The position numbers and the translations under genes are program-made. DNA of 47,537 bases from a virus (lineage: Duplodnaviria; Caudoviricetes). The first letter of the stretch is position 1; every line of letters begins with the position of its first letter. Shown in pieces: positions 1-9,163 of the stretch. Where the stretch lies: the IMG/VR virus record IMGVR_UViG_3300012942_000010, positions 1 through 47,537 of that record. One strand, 5' to 3'. The notes below the pieces were generated by a model. It saw only the letters and a program-made list of their open reading frames with translations. It made no database searches and was not told the origin of the DNA.

Positions 1-123
1 CACTTGGGTAGTTTCTATTCCGACTAAGGATACGTTGGTCGCTGAGGTAGAAGCTCGGGGATTCGATGAGTCTATTGTTCAGTCTGCGGATGATTTGTTG
101 CTTAGCGACATGCTAGATATGCA
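1..123. repeat. Terminal direct repeat (circular assembly overlap), copy 1
   Basis: 1-123 is identical to 47415-47537, and the RNR frame continues across the join. Confidence 0.97.
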
Positions 124-388
124 GGCTCTATATCAAGAGCACTGGGCAGACAACGCCGTGTCGTACACGGCGAACATTGACCCGGACAGATACGAGCCTG
201 AACAAATCGCACGAATTCTGAAGCACTACGGGGGCCGACTTAAGGGAGCAACGATTTTCCCCGAGTCATCTATGCCGCAGGCTCCCTACGAGCGGATTAC
301 CCGCGAGGAGTACGAAGCGGCTACCGCTGTAGCCATCGCCGATGGCGTTGACGAAGACTGCGCGAACGGAGCTTGCCCCATTAAATGA
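1..388 (+). CDS. nrdJ: Class II ribonucleotide reductase, C-terminal part (continues from 45790)
   Basis: In frame with the ORF at 45790 across the circular join (670 aa total); ends in the redox pair CANGACPIK. Confidence 0.92.
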   Translation, partial: TWVVSIPTKDTLVAEVEARGFDESIVQSADDLLLSDMLDMQALYQEHWADNAVSYTANIDPDRYEPEQIARILKHYGGRLKGATIFPESSMPQAPYERITREEYEAATAVAIADGVDEDCANGACPIK

Positions 389-570
389 ATATAAATTCTA
401 TTGACTACGTCCTAGGTTCATCGTCAACCGTATACATGGACGGTAAGTCAGTGTGGCACCTGCGTTCACCCGGTAAACCCGGTATTAGAGCCAGTCTGAC
501 TCTATCCGACTCTGAATACAAAGCCCTTCGGGCGTACCTTCTCGAAAATCTCAATCTAGAACAGGAATAA
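385..570 (+). CDS. Hypothetical protein
   Basis: ATGA overlap with RNR stop; 61 aa. Confidence 0.7.
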   Translation: MNINSIDYVLGSSSTVYMDGKSVWHLRSPGKPGIRASLTLSDSEYKALRAYLLENLNLEQE

Positions 571-575
571 ACACA

Positions 576-1049
576 ATGGCTCTCGATCCTTTCGCCCCCG
601 CTGTTGACGAAGCTCAGAACGAAACCACTAAGGAGAATGTCACCGTGACCCCTGAGGTTGCTACCAATGACAACGGCCATGTCACTCTGACGTTCAAGTC
701 GGGCGGAGGATTCGCCGATCCGTGGATTGTGATTCACGCTACCGACGTTGCCGACGCTTACGACCAGGTGAGCGGAGAGAACGCATCCACGCTGGCTAAG
801 CTCATGGACGCTACTGCCAAGGCTGCCAAGTACTTTGCGGGACAGTCGATTTCACCGGCTCAGGCTCCCCGGGGTGGGGGTTCTGCACCTGCCGCTAAGC
901 CTGCACCGGCACAGACAGCACCCGCTAAGGCGGGTGACCCTGAGTGCCCGGAAGGCTGGACCTACAAGACCGGTTCCAAGAACGGCAAGACGTGGCGTGC
1001 GTACATGCCTCCGCAGGGTTCCGGCGAATCGCCTATGTGGCTTAAGTAA
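576..1049 (+). CDS. Conserved phage protein of cluster A replication-arm type
   Basis: MALDPF start, VTLTFKSGGGFADPWIVIH core, C-terminal KTGSKNGKTWRAYMPP after an Ala/Pro linker. Confidence 0.75.
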   Translation: MALDPFAPAVDEAQNETTKENVTVTPEVATNDNGHVTLTFKSGGGFADPWIVIHATDVADAYDQVSGENASTLAKLMDATAKAAKYFAGQSISPAQAPRGGGSAPAAKPAPAQTAPAKAGDPECPEGWTYKTGSKNGKTWRAYMPPQGSGESPMWLK

Positions 1050-1058
1050 TCCCTCCAA

Positions 1059-1071
1059 CTTGACAGTGTAG
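1059..1071 (+). promoter_or_regulatory. Stoperator/operator CTTGACAGTGTAG
   Basis: Exact copy of the recurrent 13-mer; intergenic and oriented with transcription. Confidence 0.85.
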
Positions 1072-1147
1072 CTAGTCCTAAGCCCCGGTCGGGTGTGGTG
1101 TGCATCCCTGCACCCGACCGGTTACCAAACCTGTAAAAGGAATCCAA

Positions 1148-1396
1148 ATGATCACACCGATTATCTTTATCAAACTCCACGGGGCAGAAAATGACACAGA
1201 CACGATTAGTCTGCGGCTGGACGATCTGTCAGCCGTTGTCACCGTAGAAGGTAAAACGTTTATTCACACCCGGTCGGGTGTGACAGTCCCGGTTACCGAG
1301 TCTCCGGAGGAAGTCACACACATCGTAGTGGACGCTCTTTACGCGGCCGAGGAACGGCCGGACGAAAAGATCCTGGTTAGTTACATCCCCCGCTGA
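1148..1396 (+). CDS. Hypothetical protein
   Basis: AAAGGA RBS before ATG 1148. Confidence 0.7.
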   Translation: MITPIIFIKLHGAENDTDTISLRLDDLSAVVTVEGKTFIHTRSGVTVPVTESPEEVTHIVVDALYAAEERPDEKILVSYIPR

Positions 1397-1422
1397 GACT
1401 GATCTATCCAAAGGAATCCCCA

Positions 1423-1716
1423 ATGTCAGACATGAGCTTTGAAGAGATGATGTCCAAGTTCCTTAGTGAGGGAGCTAAGAAGGCCCCGAGTGACCCTATG
1501 CGCTCTGTTAATGATGCACCGAGCGCAGAGGACTACACGACGATTGTTTACCTGGTGAACGGTGATGTGTTCGAGCACGCAGGGACTATCGCTATGGACC
1601 TGGGTTATCGGGTTGCGATTCCCGATGGAATCGAAAACCTCACGGTGTACAACTCGGACCACGTTCTCTATTACGAGGTTATGGAGACTTCCAAGCTGGG
1701 AGGCGAGAATGCCTGA
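1423..1716 (+). CDS. Hypothetical protein
   Basis: AAAGGA RBS; 97 aa. Confidence 0.7.
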   Translation: MSDMSFEEMMSKFLSEGAKKAPSDPMRSVNDAPSAEDYTTIVYLVNGDVFEHAGTIAMDLGYRVAIPDGIENLTVYNSDHVLYYEVMETSKLGGENA

Positions 1717-2398
1717 TATCGAATTCGTTGACCGGATGTCGGTAGAGCTGATCAAGACAGACTTTGATGACAAAACGCCAGTGCTCGCCGCTCGTACTTC
1801 CACCGTTGGTGCCGAGTCCACACCGGAGGAACGTGACGGACTCATCCGGGCACTTATCCGGGATGGTCACGGTGTTCCGTTCGAGCACATGTCGATTACC
1901 TTCCGAATCGAAGCCCCGTTGTTTGTTTGGCCGCAGATTCAGCAGCATCGGGCGGGAACTTCGCTTTCTCGCGAGTCGGGTCGGTATCGGGAGTTGAAGC
2001 CCCGGTTCTATGTCCCGCCCGAGGGACGGCCGATTATCCAGGTCGGTAAACCGATGGAGTACAAGATCCTGTCGGGTACCGATGAACAGCACTCCAGTAT
2101 GGCCGCAGAGATGGGCTATAGCGTCCACCAGGCTTGGACTACATACCGAGTGTTGCTTGGTGAAGGTGTAGCCCGTGAGGTGGCCCGGATGGTTCTTCCG
2201 ATGAACACCATGAGCGTCGGTGTGATGACATTCAATGCCCGGTCGCTTATGCATTTCCTACAGCTCCGTACACCGCACGCGGGTTCACACCCGCAGGAAG
2301 AGATTGCAGAGATCGCTAAGGATATGGCGCTTCAGTTCGCGGTTTATGCGCCAGTGACCTTTGACGCGTTCAGAAAGAACGGGTGGATTGCACCGTGA
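1709..2398 (+). CDS. thyX: FAD-dependent thymidylate synthase
   Basis: GHGVPFEH, HRxxxSxxxESGRY and GVAREVARMVLP motifs; GGAGG RBS before ATG 1709. Confidence 0.92.
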   Translation: MPDIEFVDRMSVELIKTDFDDKTPVLAARTSTVGAESTPEERDGLIRALIRDGHGVPFEHMSITFRIEAPLFVWPQIQQHRAGTSLSRESGRYRELKPRFYVPPEGRPIIQVGKPMEYKILSGTDEQHSSMAAEMGYSVHQAWTTYRVLLGEGVAREVARMVLPMNTMSVGVMTFNARSLMHFLQLRTPHAGSHPQEEIAEIAKDMALQFAVYAPVTFDAFRKNGWIAP

Positions 2399-2667
2399 CC
2401 TATCCGGGACCTAAAGAGGTCGAGGACTTGATTAGCGAGCGTGATTTCCTCGCTGACCAGGTCTCCAAGCTCGAATCCGTCATTGACGATAAGCAAGACA
2501 CGGTTGATAAGCTGACTGCAACCGTTGACGAGCTTAAAGCCATGGCTAAAGCCTCGGCTGAGTACCACGCAACTAAACAAATCCAGTTGAAAGAGGAGAA
2601 CACCCAGTTGAAGAAGGACCGGGATTTCCTTCTCGGGGCGCTGACGTATATCGCTATAGGGGGTTAA
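2395..2667 (+). CDS. Coiled-coil hypothetical protein
   Basis: GTGA overlap with thyX stop; heptad pattern. Confidence 0.65.
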   Translation: MTYPGPKEVEDLISERDFLADQVSKLESVIDDKQDTVDKLTATVDELKAMAKASAEYHATKQIQLKEENTQLKKDRDFLLGALTYIAIGG

Positions 2668-2670
2668 CCC

Positions 2671-4470
2671 ATGTCTCAGCGGACCTTGATTCTGGACGTA
2701 GAGACACACTCCGCTGAGATGTTGTATTCCATGGAGCCTCACGAGTTTGTGAGGCTCTGTGGGTACGCATGGGACGACGGAGAAGTCACTCTCACCACGG
2801 ACCTGGAGGAGTTGAAAGCCCAGATTCGTAGGGCCCGATTCATCATCGGACACAATATCCACAGTTTTGACCTGAAAGCTATCTTCGGACACAAGTCTAA
2901 CGAGCCACTGGAACTCACAGATCAAGGCCGTGTGTATGACACATGGACACATGCAACCTTGGTTAATCCGGCACCGTCGACGTTCATCAATCGGTTCGGT
3001 AAGAACACTCTTGCCGATTCTCCGGACAAGATGAAGCGTTGGTTCGGTCTGGATGAACAAGCGTTCCAACTCGGTGTACCGGGTAAAACCCATGATCTTA
3101 AGGAACTGGCTAAGGAATTCGGAGGATTCGGGAGCATCCCGGTTGATGATGAGCGGTACCGGGATTACCTCGTAGGCGACGTAGAAGCCTCTAGGAACGT
3201 CGCTAAGGCTCTGCTGAAGCTCGGGCCACTGGATGACTACGCAATGCGGGAACAGCGTATAGCGGCTCGTGCAGCGGTCATTTCGTCCAACGGACTCCGG
3301 GTTGATATCGAGGCTGCACAGGCCCGTAGGGATGCCCTGGAGGTCCGTAGAGAGGACATCCTAGGGGAGCTTGAAGAGAAGTACGGGTTTCCTACCGAGG
3401 GTAAATCTCCGTGGGCTACCACGGCGGGCAAGGGAGCCATCATGAAGGCCCTTGCTGATCAGGGTATTACACCGGCTAAGCGCTCGGACTGGCCGCGCAC
3501 AGCGACCGGTACCCCGTCGCTCGGTGGTGAAGCTCTGATTAACCTCACGAAGGGAACACCAGCCGAAGAACTCGGCAGAGCCCTAGCAGAGCTTAAAGGG
3601 CAACGGTCGCTCTCACAGTTGGCTCTAGATTCCGTTCACCCGGACGGGTTTGTTCACCCGGATATCACCATGCTTCAGAGGTCCGGACGATGGAGTACTA
3701 CTAACCCTGGATTGACTATCTGGACTTCCAGGGGTGAGGGTGCAGTCGAGAAGTCGTATTTCATCCCGGATAACGACGATGATGTTCTGATCGAACTCGA
3801 CTACTCGAATGCTGACGCTCGTATTGTTGCGGCTCTGAGTGGGGATAAGAAGTTCGCAGAACGGTTCGAACCGGGGGCGGACGGGCATCTCATCAACGCT
3901 TGGGCCGCTTGGGGTAAGGACAATGTAGGAACCGATAAACATGACCCGGTAACCTCCGAGTTCCGATTCAAAGCTAAGGCGTTGGGACACGGCTGGAACT
4001 ACGGAGGACAAGCCAAGGGATTAGCTCGGGTGTCTGGCCTGCCACTAGCAGAGTCCAAAGTGTTCTGTGACGGAATGGCTAAGGCGTTCTGTGTCTTAGT
4101 TCGCTGGCAGAACGCCGTACGTGCTGAGTCACAGCGGGGCTACGTAACAAACGAGTGGGGTCGAAAGCTCTGGGTGGAGAAGGGGAGAGAGTTCACACAG
4201 GCTCCGGCCCTTAAAGGCCAGAACGGCACTCGGGAAATAGTGTGTGATGCCTTGCTCCGGATGCCTGTTCACGTACTTCGTCGTGTGAAAGCTCAGATCC
4301 ACGACGCCATGCTGTTCTCAGTTCCTAAAGCCAACTGGGAAGAGTGCAGGGATTACCTGGTGGAGTTGATGGAAACAGAGTTCCAGCCTGCCCGTGGTGG
4401 GCAACGTATTGCATTTCCGGTCTCATCGGGACCGGCTGGAAAGAATTGGATGGATGCAAGCCATGATTAG
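2671..4470 (+). CDS. polA: Family A DNA polymerase (3'-5' exonuclease plus polymerase)
   Basis: LDVET and GHNIHSFD exo motifs; SGRWST; motif A DYSNADAR; motif B KALGHGWNYG; motif C IHDA. Confidence 0.95.
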   Translation: MSQRTLILDVETHSAEMLYSMEPHEFVRLCGYAWDDGEVTLTTDLEELKAQIRRARFIIGHNIHSFDLKAIFGHKSNEPLELTDQGRVYDTWTHATLVNPAPSTFINRFGKNTLADSPDKMKRWFGLDEQAFQLGVPGKTHDLKELAKEFGGFGSIPVDDERYRDYLVGDVEASRNVAKALLKLGPLDDYAMREQRIAARAAVISSNGLRVDIEAAQARRDALEVRREDILGELEEKYGFPTEGKSPWATTAGKGAIMKALADQGITPAKRSDWPRTATGTPSLGGEALINLTKGTPAEELGRALAELKGQRSLSQLALDSVHPDGFVHPDITMLQRSGRWSTTNPGLTIWTSRGEGAVEKSYFIPDNDDDVLIELDYSNADARIVAALSGDKKFAERFEPGADGHLINAWAAWGKDNVGTDKHDPVTSEFRFKAKALGHGWNYGGQAKGLARVSGLPLAESKVFCDGMAKAFCVLVRWQNAVRAESQRGYVTNEWGRKLWVEKGREFTQAPALKGQNGTREIVCDALLRMPVHVLRRVKAQIHDAMLFSVPKANWEECRDYLVELMETEFQPARGGQRIAFPVSSGPAGKNWMDASHD

Positions 4471-4624
4471 TCGGTTGGGACTTATACAAAGGCACACACC
4501 AACGATGTTGTTGGATGGAATCCTGTGCGAGTGCGGGGAGTATTTCCCCGTAGTCGGTATCCATGGAGACCCCCGCCCTGATTGGGCTAAACACCTTGAT
4601 AATGTTTTGGAGGATAACAAGTGA
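4463..4624 (+). CDS. Small Cys/His hypothetical protein
   Basis: Overlaps both neighbours; CECG and WAKH motifs. Confidence 0.55.
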   Translation: MISRLGLIQRHTPTMLLDGILCECGEYFPVVGIHGDPRPDWAKHLDNVLEDNK

Positions 4625-5388
4625 CCGAGATTACGACTAAAGAACTGTTCGAACTGGCAAAGATCAGTTACAACGAAGGTTTCAACCACTTTCCGGCGGA
4701 TGACGCTGTTGACTGGGATGACCTTCCGCCGATCGACCAGGCTGTAATGGCTGAGGGTATTCGAAAGGTTGTCGAAGAATTGGAGCGTCGAGGGTGGAGT
4801 GCCAACGCCTACGGCGAGCGGTACACACCGACTGCGGTTGACGGTAACCCGTTGGAAAATTTCGACAACGTGCTAGACCCTACACAATGGTTCGCTGATG
4901 CGGCCAATATGCATATCGACCAGGATATCTTGACTGGTACGTATCGTCGCTGGCTCGCGGGTGAGCCTGCACCGTTCCGCCACGGCGAAGCTCGGTGTCG
5001 GGTATCAGCTGACGACGCTATCGCCAAAGCGTACGCGGACAGTGATTCGTGGAATCGGTGGGAGGACGTTCCGGTGGGTGTAACCGTCGAATCAACAAAG
5101 GGTTTTCACATCACTAAAGTAGCGGGTTATAACGAAAACTACGACATTGCTGGTCCCTTCGTCCGAGTGGACGAAACAGAGTACAAGGAAGAGGGCTACG
5201 AGTGGTCGCATTGGGAGGATGTGCCGGAGGGTGTTGTTTATAAGAACAGCAAGCCGTTGCACCGTGCTCGGTACGTCAACCGTGACGGTGTCCGTATCCT
5301 GCTAAAGCTTGACGGGTCGGAAGTCGTTTCCGAGGTATCCGACGATCATGTACAAGCGTTCGCACCGTTTATCCGAGTGGAGGGCTGA
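4621..5388 (+). CDS. Hypothetical protein with two C-terminal WxxWEDVP...PFxRV repeats
   Basis: GGAGG RBS; internal repeat visible in the translation. Confidence 0.75.
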   Translation: MTEITTKELFELAKISYNEGFNHFPADDAVDWDDLPPIDQAVMAEGIRKVVEELERRGWSANAYGERYTPTAVDGNPLENFDNVLDPTQWFADAANMHIDQDILTGTYRRWLAGEPAPFRHGEARCRVSADDAIAKAYADSDSWNRWEDVPVGVTVESTKGFHITKVAGYNENYDIAGPFVRVDETEYKEEGYEWSHWEDVPEGVVYKNSKPLHRARYVNRDGVRILLKLDGSEVVSEVSDDHVQAFAPFIRVEG

Positions 5389-5390
5389 GC

Positions 5391-5561
5391 ATGACTGACA
5401 CTGTGTACTGGCAGCCTATCGAGAAGTCGTTGCCGATTCTGTTCGGTGAATACATTGGCCGTGTCATCTCTGATGAAGAGACTCAGGTGGACAACCACCT
5501 GGTTAAGACTTACCACGGAACCGTCATGGTTCCGGATAACCAGCTTAGGTGGGTCGGGTGA
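5391..5561 (+). CDS. Hypothetical protein (56 aa)
   Basis: GGAGG RBS; MTDTVYWQP...LRWVG read from the sequence. Confidence 0.6.
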   Translation: MTDTVYWQPIEKSLPILFGEYIGRVISDEETQVDNHLVKTYHGTVMVPDNQLRWVG

Positions 5562-5728
5562 CTAACCACTACAAAGTCGAGTGGTCCGACGAAGACAACG
5601 AGTACGTAGCTACGTGCACCAAGTTTCCGTCTTTATCCTGGCTGGACGAACACCCGGTGATTGCACTGCGCGCACTTATAGCCCGGGTTCGAGAAACGGA
5701 GCTGTACATTGCGACCAACGTTCGATGA
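5558..5728 (+). CDS. HicB-like antitoxin-domain protein (56 aa)
   Basis: MTNHYKVEWSDEDNEYVATCTKFPSLSWLDEHPVIAL matches the HicB N-terminal pattern WS-ED-E-V--C--FPSLSWL. Confidence 0.72.
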   Translation: MTNHYKVEWSDEDNEYVATCTKFPSLSWLDEHPVIALRALIARVRETELYIATNVR

Positions 5729-6125
5729 GTATTTCCTTGGGATCTCCGAGGCGGTATCTGCGCGCTCTGACTGCGAGCGAGACAAAGTTGGTGCAGTTGT
5801 TGTCAACGGAAAGCGAATTCGAGCTACTGGTTACAATGGCGCTCCATCAGGTGCGCCCGGTTGTGAAACCTGCCCTAGACGCACTTCGGGTTGTCAACCG
5901 GGTAGCTCATACGATAATTGCGTAGCGATCCATGCAGAGGCGAATGCATTGCTTTACTGCGATCGTGCCGACCTGATCGGAGCAACGTTGTACGTCACCC
6001 GGGAGCCTTGCTATGCATGCTCCAAGCTCATTGCTGGCGCTGGAATCGAAAGAGTGGTTACACCCGAGAGCGATATACCTGAACATCTCTGGAACCCACA
6101 ATGTGAAGAGGAGTGCTGTAAATGA
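5709..6125 (+). CDS. dCMP deaminase
   Basis: TGYNG, HAEANA and PCYAC zinc-binding motifs. Confidence 0.93.
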   Translation: MRPTFDEYFLGISEAVSARSDCERDKVGAVVVNGKRIRATGYNGAPSGAPGCETCPRRTSGCQPGSSYDNCVAIHAEANALLYCDRADLIGATLYVTREPCYACSKLIAGAGIERVVTPESDIPEHLWNPQCEEECCK

Positions 6126-6334
6126 GGGGACACCCGGAAGACCTGACTAAGGCTGTGCGTGTCGCAGCCTACAAGGTGGTAGACGAGATTCTGAGTAAGC
6201 CATTGTCCGCAGTGGCAGTGCGTCACAACACGGAGGATATGTCCGAGGGTGACCGGTCGGCAGTTATCGACCGGGCTAATCACATCCTGACCAATCTCCG
6301 GGAGGACGCAGAGAATCTTTGGAAAGAGGGCTGA
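6122..6334 (+). CDS. Hypothetical protein
   Basis: Overlapping start; GAGGAG RBS. Confidence 0.65.
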   Translation: MRGHPEDLTKAVRVAAYKVVDEILSKPLSAVAVRHNTEDMSEGDRSAVIDRANHILTNLREDAENLWKEG

Positions 6335-6396
6335 TGTAACACCCGACCTTGCCAGTACGATCAGTGCAAGGTCGGGAAACCTAGAGGGGAAAACCA

Positions 6397-6894
6397 ATGA
6401 AACGAGTCATGGCTACCGTAGTCATCCTTGCAGCAGCTACGGCTGTACTCGTGGGGTGCAGCTCGCCGGAACAGGACACCAACACGCCGGTGCCGGTAGC
6501 TCAGACCTCGGTGGTATCTGAGCCGGTAGTCAACATCAACCACCGGTTCGGTGAGACTGCCAAGGTGTACGACGAACGAGACGGTAACGCTACGTACACG
6601 CTCAGCGCTCCCCGGGTGGCTGGACAGTACACGGTGGTGGACCTGGACATGGCGTGTGTGACCGGAACCAGTTACGGCGTCGGGACCTTCCAGGCTGTGA
6701 CCCAGTCCGGTAAGCGAGTGGATTTCACTATCCCGTATCAGTCGCAGGTCGACCAGGGAGCTTTCGACCCTTCGGTCGGGCTGGTCGCTGCTGAGCGTCG
6801 AACCGGGTACGTCCTGTTCGATACTCAGGACCCGATCACGCAGGTTATCTTGTACCACGGGACAATCAACCCGCCTGTAGCTATCTGGAAGTAA
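6397..6894 (+). CDS. Lipoprotein, probable Ig-like (DUF4352-type) fold
   Basis: Signal peptide with lipobox LVGC; beta-rich domain ending TGYVLFD...AIWK. Confidence 0.8.
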   Translation: MKRVMATVVILAAATAVLVGCSSPEQDTNTPVPVAQTSVVSEPVVNINHRFGETAKVYDERDGNATYTLSAPRVAGQYTVVDLDMACVTGTSYGVGTFQAVTQSGKRVDFTIPYQSQVDQGAFDPSVGLVAAERRTGYVLFDTQDPITQVILYHGTINPPVAIWK

Positions 6895-6900
6895 GAGAAT

Positions 6901-6931
6901 GCCCCCGGTTTAGGCCGGGGGCTTTTCTTTT
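6901..6931 (+). terminator. Intrinsic terminator between the convergent lipoprotein and integrase genes
   Basis: GCCCCCGG-TTTAGG-CCGGGGGC followed by TTTTCTTTT. Confidence 0.85.
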
Positions 6932-6951
6932 GTCTAGATTGTATCAATACA

Positions 6952-8415
6952 TTAATCCGGTGTCACCAACTCAGCGTGGTAACGGGAGTGGACCACAAAC
7001 CGGATACCGCGAGCGATAAGCAGTTGTCTCCTCTCTTCCGGCGAAGACCTATTCCAAGCGTCTGCGAACGTCTCTCCCATCCCTACAAGCTCCCACCGAG
7101 GCTCAGTGACCGGAGACGACTCCAGAAGCTTCCTACGGGCAGTCAGACCGGTAAGGCGAGACATGTACTCTGCCTCATCATCGATCAACCCAGCATCCGA
7201 CTCGGCTCGTAGTCGAGTGATAGCCGCCTTCACACGTTCAAGCTCCGGCCGGTTGTCCGACCCTGGAATAAACACTCTCTCCTCGCGCTGCATGTCCCCC
7301 CATCGATCCAAGAACAAGCCTTCCAACAACGCGTCCGCGTCATCAGCTACGTAGTTGATACCGGGGCAACGCTTACGTGCGTTGCTGCACCGGTAGTACC
7401 GATACACCTTGCCCGATGGTTTCGTGTCGAATTTTTGGGCGAGGGAGTGACCATTAGGGCATTCGCCTACGCCAAGCAAGGGGTTAGACGAAAACGTCCG
7501 ACGCTTGCCGGAAAGCCTCCGCTTAGTAACCTCTGCCTGTATCTGGTCCCACTCGTCATCAGTGAAGGACTGCGAGGTAACTTGTATCATCTCACCGTTA
7601 GCGGTGAGTATCGGATTGCCATCCGAATCTATCTTGATACCTTGGGTAGCCAATGAAGTCATCACGTGGATGAGCTGCGTAGGTGCCCACGGGTTAGTCA
7701 GCGGATCTAACCCGCGAGCCATCCGTGAACGATCCTGGTTTGTCGGAACCTTATCCTCGTTCATCCGGTTGGCTATCCGATTCCACGACCACCCATCGTT
7801 AAGTCTGGTGGCTATCGATCGGAGGATGTCTTGGCCTTCTGCATCCTGGACTAGGCAGCGACCGTTACCGTCCGGGTTAGGGCTAGTGGTAAATCCGAGT
7901 GGGGGTGTTCCGTAAGCCCATCGGGAAGTTTGACGGATAACTCTGTGAAAGTCTTTAGCTCGGGACTTGAAACGGTTAAGTTCCATCTGGGCAAAAAAGC
8001 TAGCGACCATGATAAAGAACTCAGCCATCATCCGTTCGAACGAGTCGACGTCGTCCCTGAAATTCAGTACTAGGTTGTCCTCGGCGAACACCAGGATTTT
8101 TTTATGCTTCTCTATCCACCGGGCTAGGTCGACAGTATCTCGGATAGACCGGAACGCGCGGTCAACCTTGGAGAAAACCAGGATGTCCCAGCCGAACGAC
8201 TTTTCATCCGAGAGCCAAGGGCCAAGGTCCGGCCGCTCGAACGGTGAGTACTTGTCGGCAGAGATATCGAGGTCTTCGAACGTCGCTGTGACTTCGTGAC
8301 CATGCTTGGTAACCCAGTCCGAACCGGTGCCTAGCTGCGCTGTATGGCTGACCTTCGAGTCGTCTCGATACGATGACACACGTGCGCCTACCAGGGCGCG
8401 GAGTGGTGTTGACAT
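6952..8415 (-). CDS. int: Large serine integrase (Bxb1-like)
   Basis: ARVS catalytic motif, EDLDISA, KVDRAFR, recombinase domain, zinc ribbon YRYYRC; start re-called to ATG 8415. Confidence 0.95.
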   Translation of the reverse strand: MSTPLRALVGARVSSYRDDSKVSHTAQLGTGSDWVTKHGHEVTATFEDLDISADKYSPFERPDLGPWLSDEKSFGWDILVFSKVDRAFRSIRDTVDLARWIEKHKKILVFAEDNLVLNFRDDVDSFERMMAEFFIMVASFFAQMELNRFKSRAKDFHRVIRQTSRWAYGTPPLGFTTSPNPDGNGRCLVQDAEGQDILRSIATRLNDGWSWNRIANRMNEDKVPTNQDRSRMARGLDPLTNPWAPTQLIHVMTSLATQGIKIDSDGNPILTANGEMIQVTSQSFTDDEWDQIQAEVTKRRLSGKRRTFSSNPLLGVGECPNGHSLAQKFDTKPSGKVYRYYRCSNARKRCPGINYVADDADALLEGLFLDRWGDMQREERVFIPGSDNRPELERVKAAITRLRAESDAGLIDDEAEYMSRLTGLTARRKLLESSPVTEPRWELVGMGETFADAWNRSSPEERRQLLIARGIRFVVHSRYHAELVTPD

Positions 8416-8465
8416 GTAGGTCACTGTACCAGATTCGACTTGCCGAATGTTGTACAACGACCTAC
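8416..8465. other. Probable attP site
   Basis: 50-bp imperfect inverted repeat GTAGGTC-ACT-GTAC-CAG-ATTCG-AC(TT)GC-CGAAT-GTT-GTAC-AAC-GACCTAC abutting the int start. Confidence 0.75.
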
Positions 8466-8534
8466 GCACTGACCAGGGGAAAGCCCCCAGCGCGCGAACA
8501 CTGGGGGCCGGTGCCTGAGGGTTCGGAATACGGG

Positions 8535-8741
8535 TTATGAATCAGGCACAGATAGGTTACCGCTTCCCGGGTGAAGTGCTACTACCTTCGGCGGATCCTC
8601 CCTACGGATGTACGACCGCAGACATCCATCGTCACAGAACACCCGTTCCTCTGTCCGGCGACGGGACCGGAGAGAAACAATCTCCGACCCACACCAGTCG
8701 CACCACCACTCGTCACCAGGGTCTTGCCAGCGCTCACCCAT
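8535..8741 (-). CDS. Small zinc-binding (TRASH-like) protein
   Basis: CDWC...FCDDGC; GAGGAGG RBS. Confidence 0.7.
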   Translation of the reverse strand: MGERWQDPGDEWWCDWCGSEIVSLRSRRRTEERVFCDDGCLRSYIRREDPPKVVALHPGSGNLSVPDS

Positions 8742-8886
8742 CGGACGTTCCTCCTCTGTACAGTCGAGGCGCTACCCGGTCAGCCTCGTAGTCGTAGACA
8801 CCATCACGTAACGGGCGCTCCCTATCAGGACGCTCCGGGGCAAACTCATAGATCCCATCACGTGGGTGGCCTGTCTCGTCTACCAC
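8734..8886 (-). CDS. Hypothetical 50-aa protein with RDG[IV]Y[ED][FY] repeat
   Basis: GTG 7 nt after TATCAT; overlaps the next start. Confidence 0.55.
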   Translation of the reverse strand: MVDETGHPRDGIYEFAPERPDRERPLRDGVYDYEADRVAPRLYRGGTSDG

Positions 8887-8900
8887 GTCCTTGATGATAC

Positions 8901-8931
8901 AAGTAAAGCCCCCTACTCCGGTAGGGGGCTT
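8901..8931 (-). terminator. Intrinsic terminator
   Basis: AAGCCCCCTAC-CGGA-GTAGGGGGCTT-TACTT on the minus strand. Confidence 0.75.
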
Positions 8932-8935
8932 GTGA

Positions 8936-9157
8936 CTAGCTCCACAGGTAAACCATGGTTTCTAGCGCGTGTCGGTTGTGACGGTTATAGAGGGCTTCGT
9001 GCTCTGTACCCTCCTTAGCCACTAGGGACGCCCGCACTGTGATTGTCTTGGCGGTCACCTTGTGGATTTTAAATACGCGGTACTGTCCACGCTGGTCCAG
9101 GGTGGAGGAGTAGACATCCCCGACCTTAAGGTCTTTGGCTGCAACCTGCTTTGTCAT
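8936..9157 (-). CDS. Small SH3/KOW-like protein, leaderless
   Basis: AKDLKVGD motif; ATG 6 nt after -10 TAGTCT. Confidence 0.75.
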   Translation of the reverse strand: MTKQVAAKDLKVGDVYSSTLDQRGQYRVFKIHKVTAKTITVRASLVAKEGTEHEALYNRHNRHALETMVYLWS

Positions 9158-9163
9158 GTCCTC

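Noticed and set aside
8408-8419. GTTGACATGTAG as an operator at the int start
   Set aside because: It has a one-base deletion and a mismatch, and the wrong orientation relative to int transcription.
8734-8886. Apparent frameshifted pseudogene
   Set aside because: Re-reading gives an intact 50-codon ORF.
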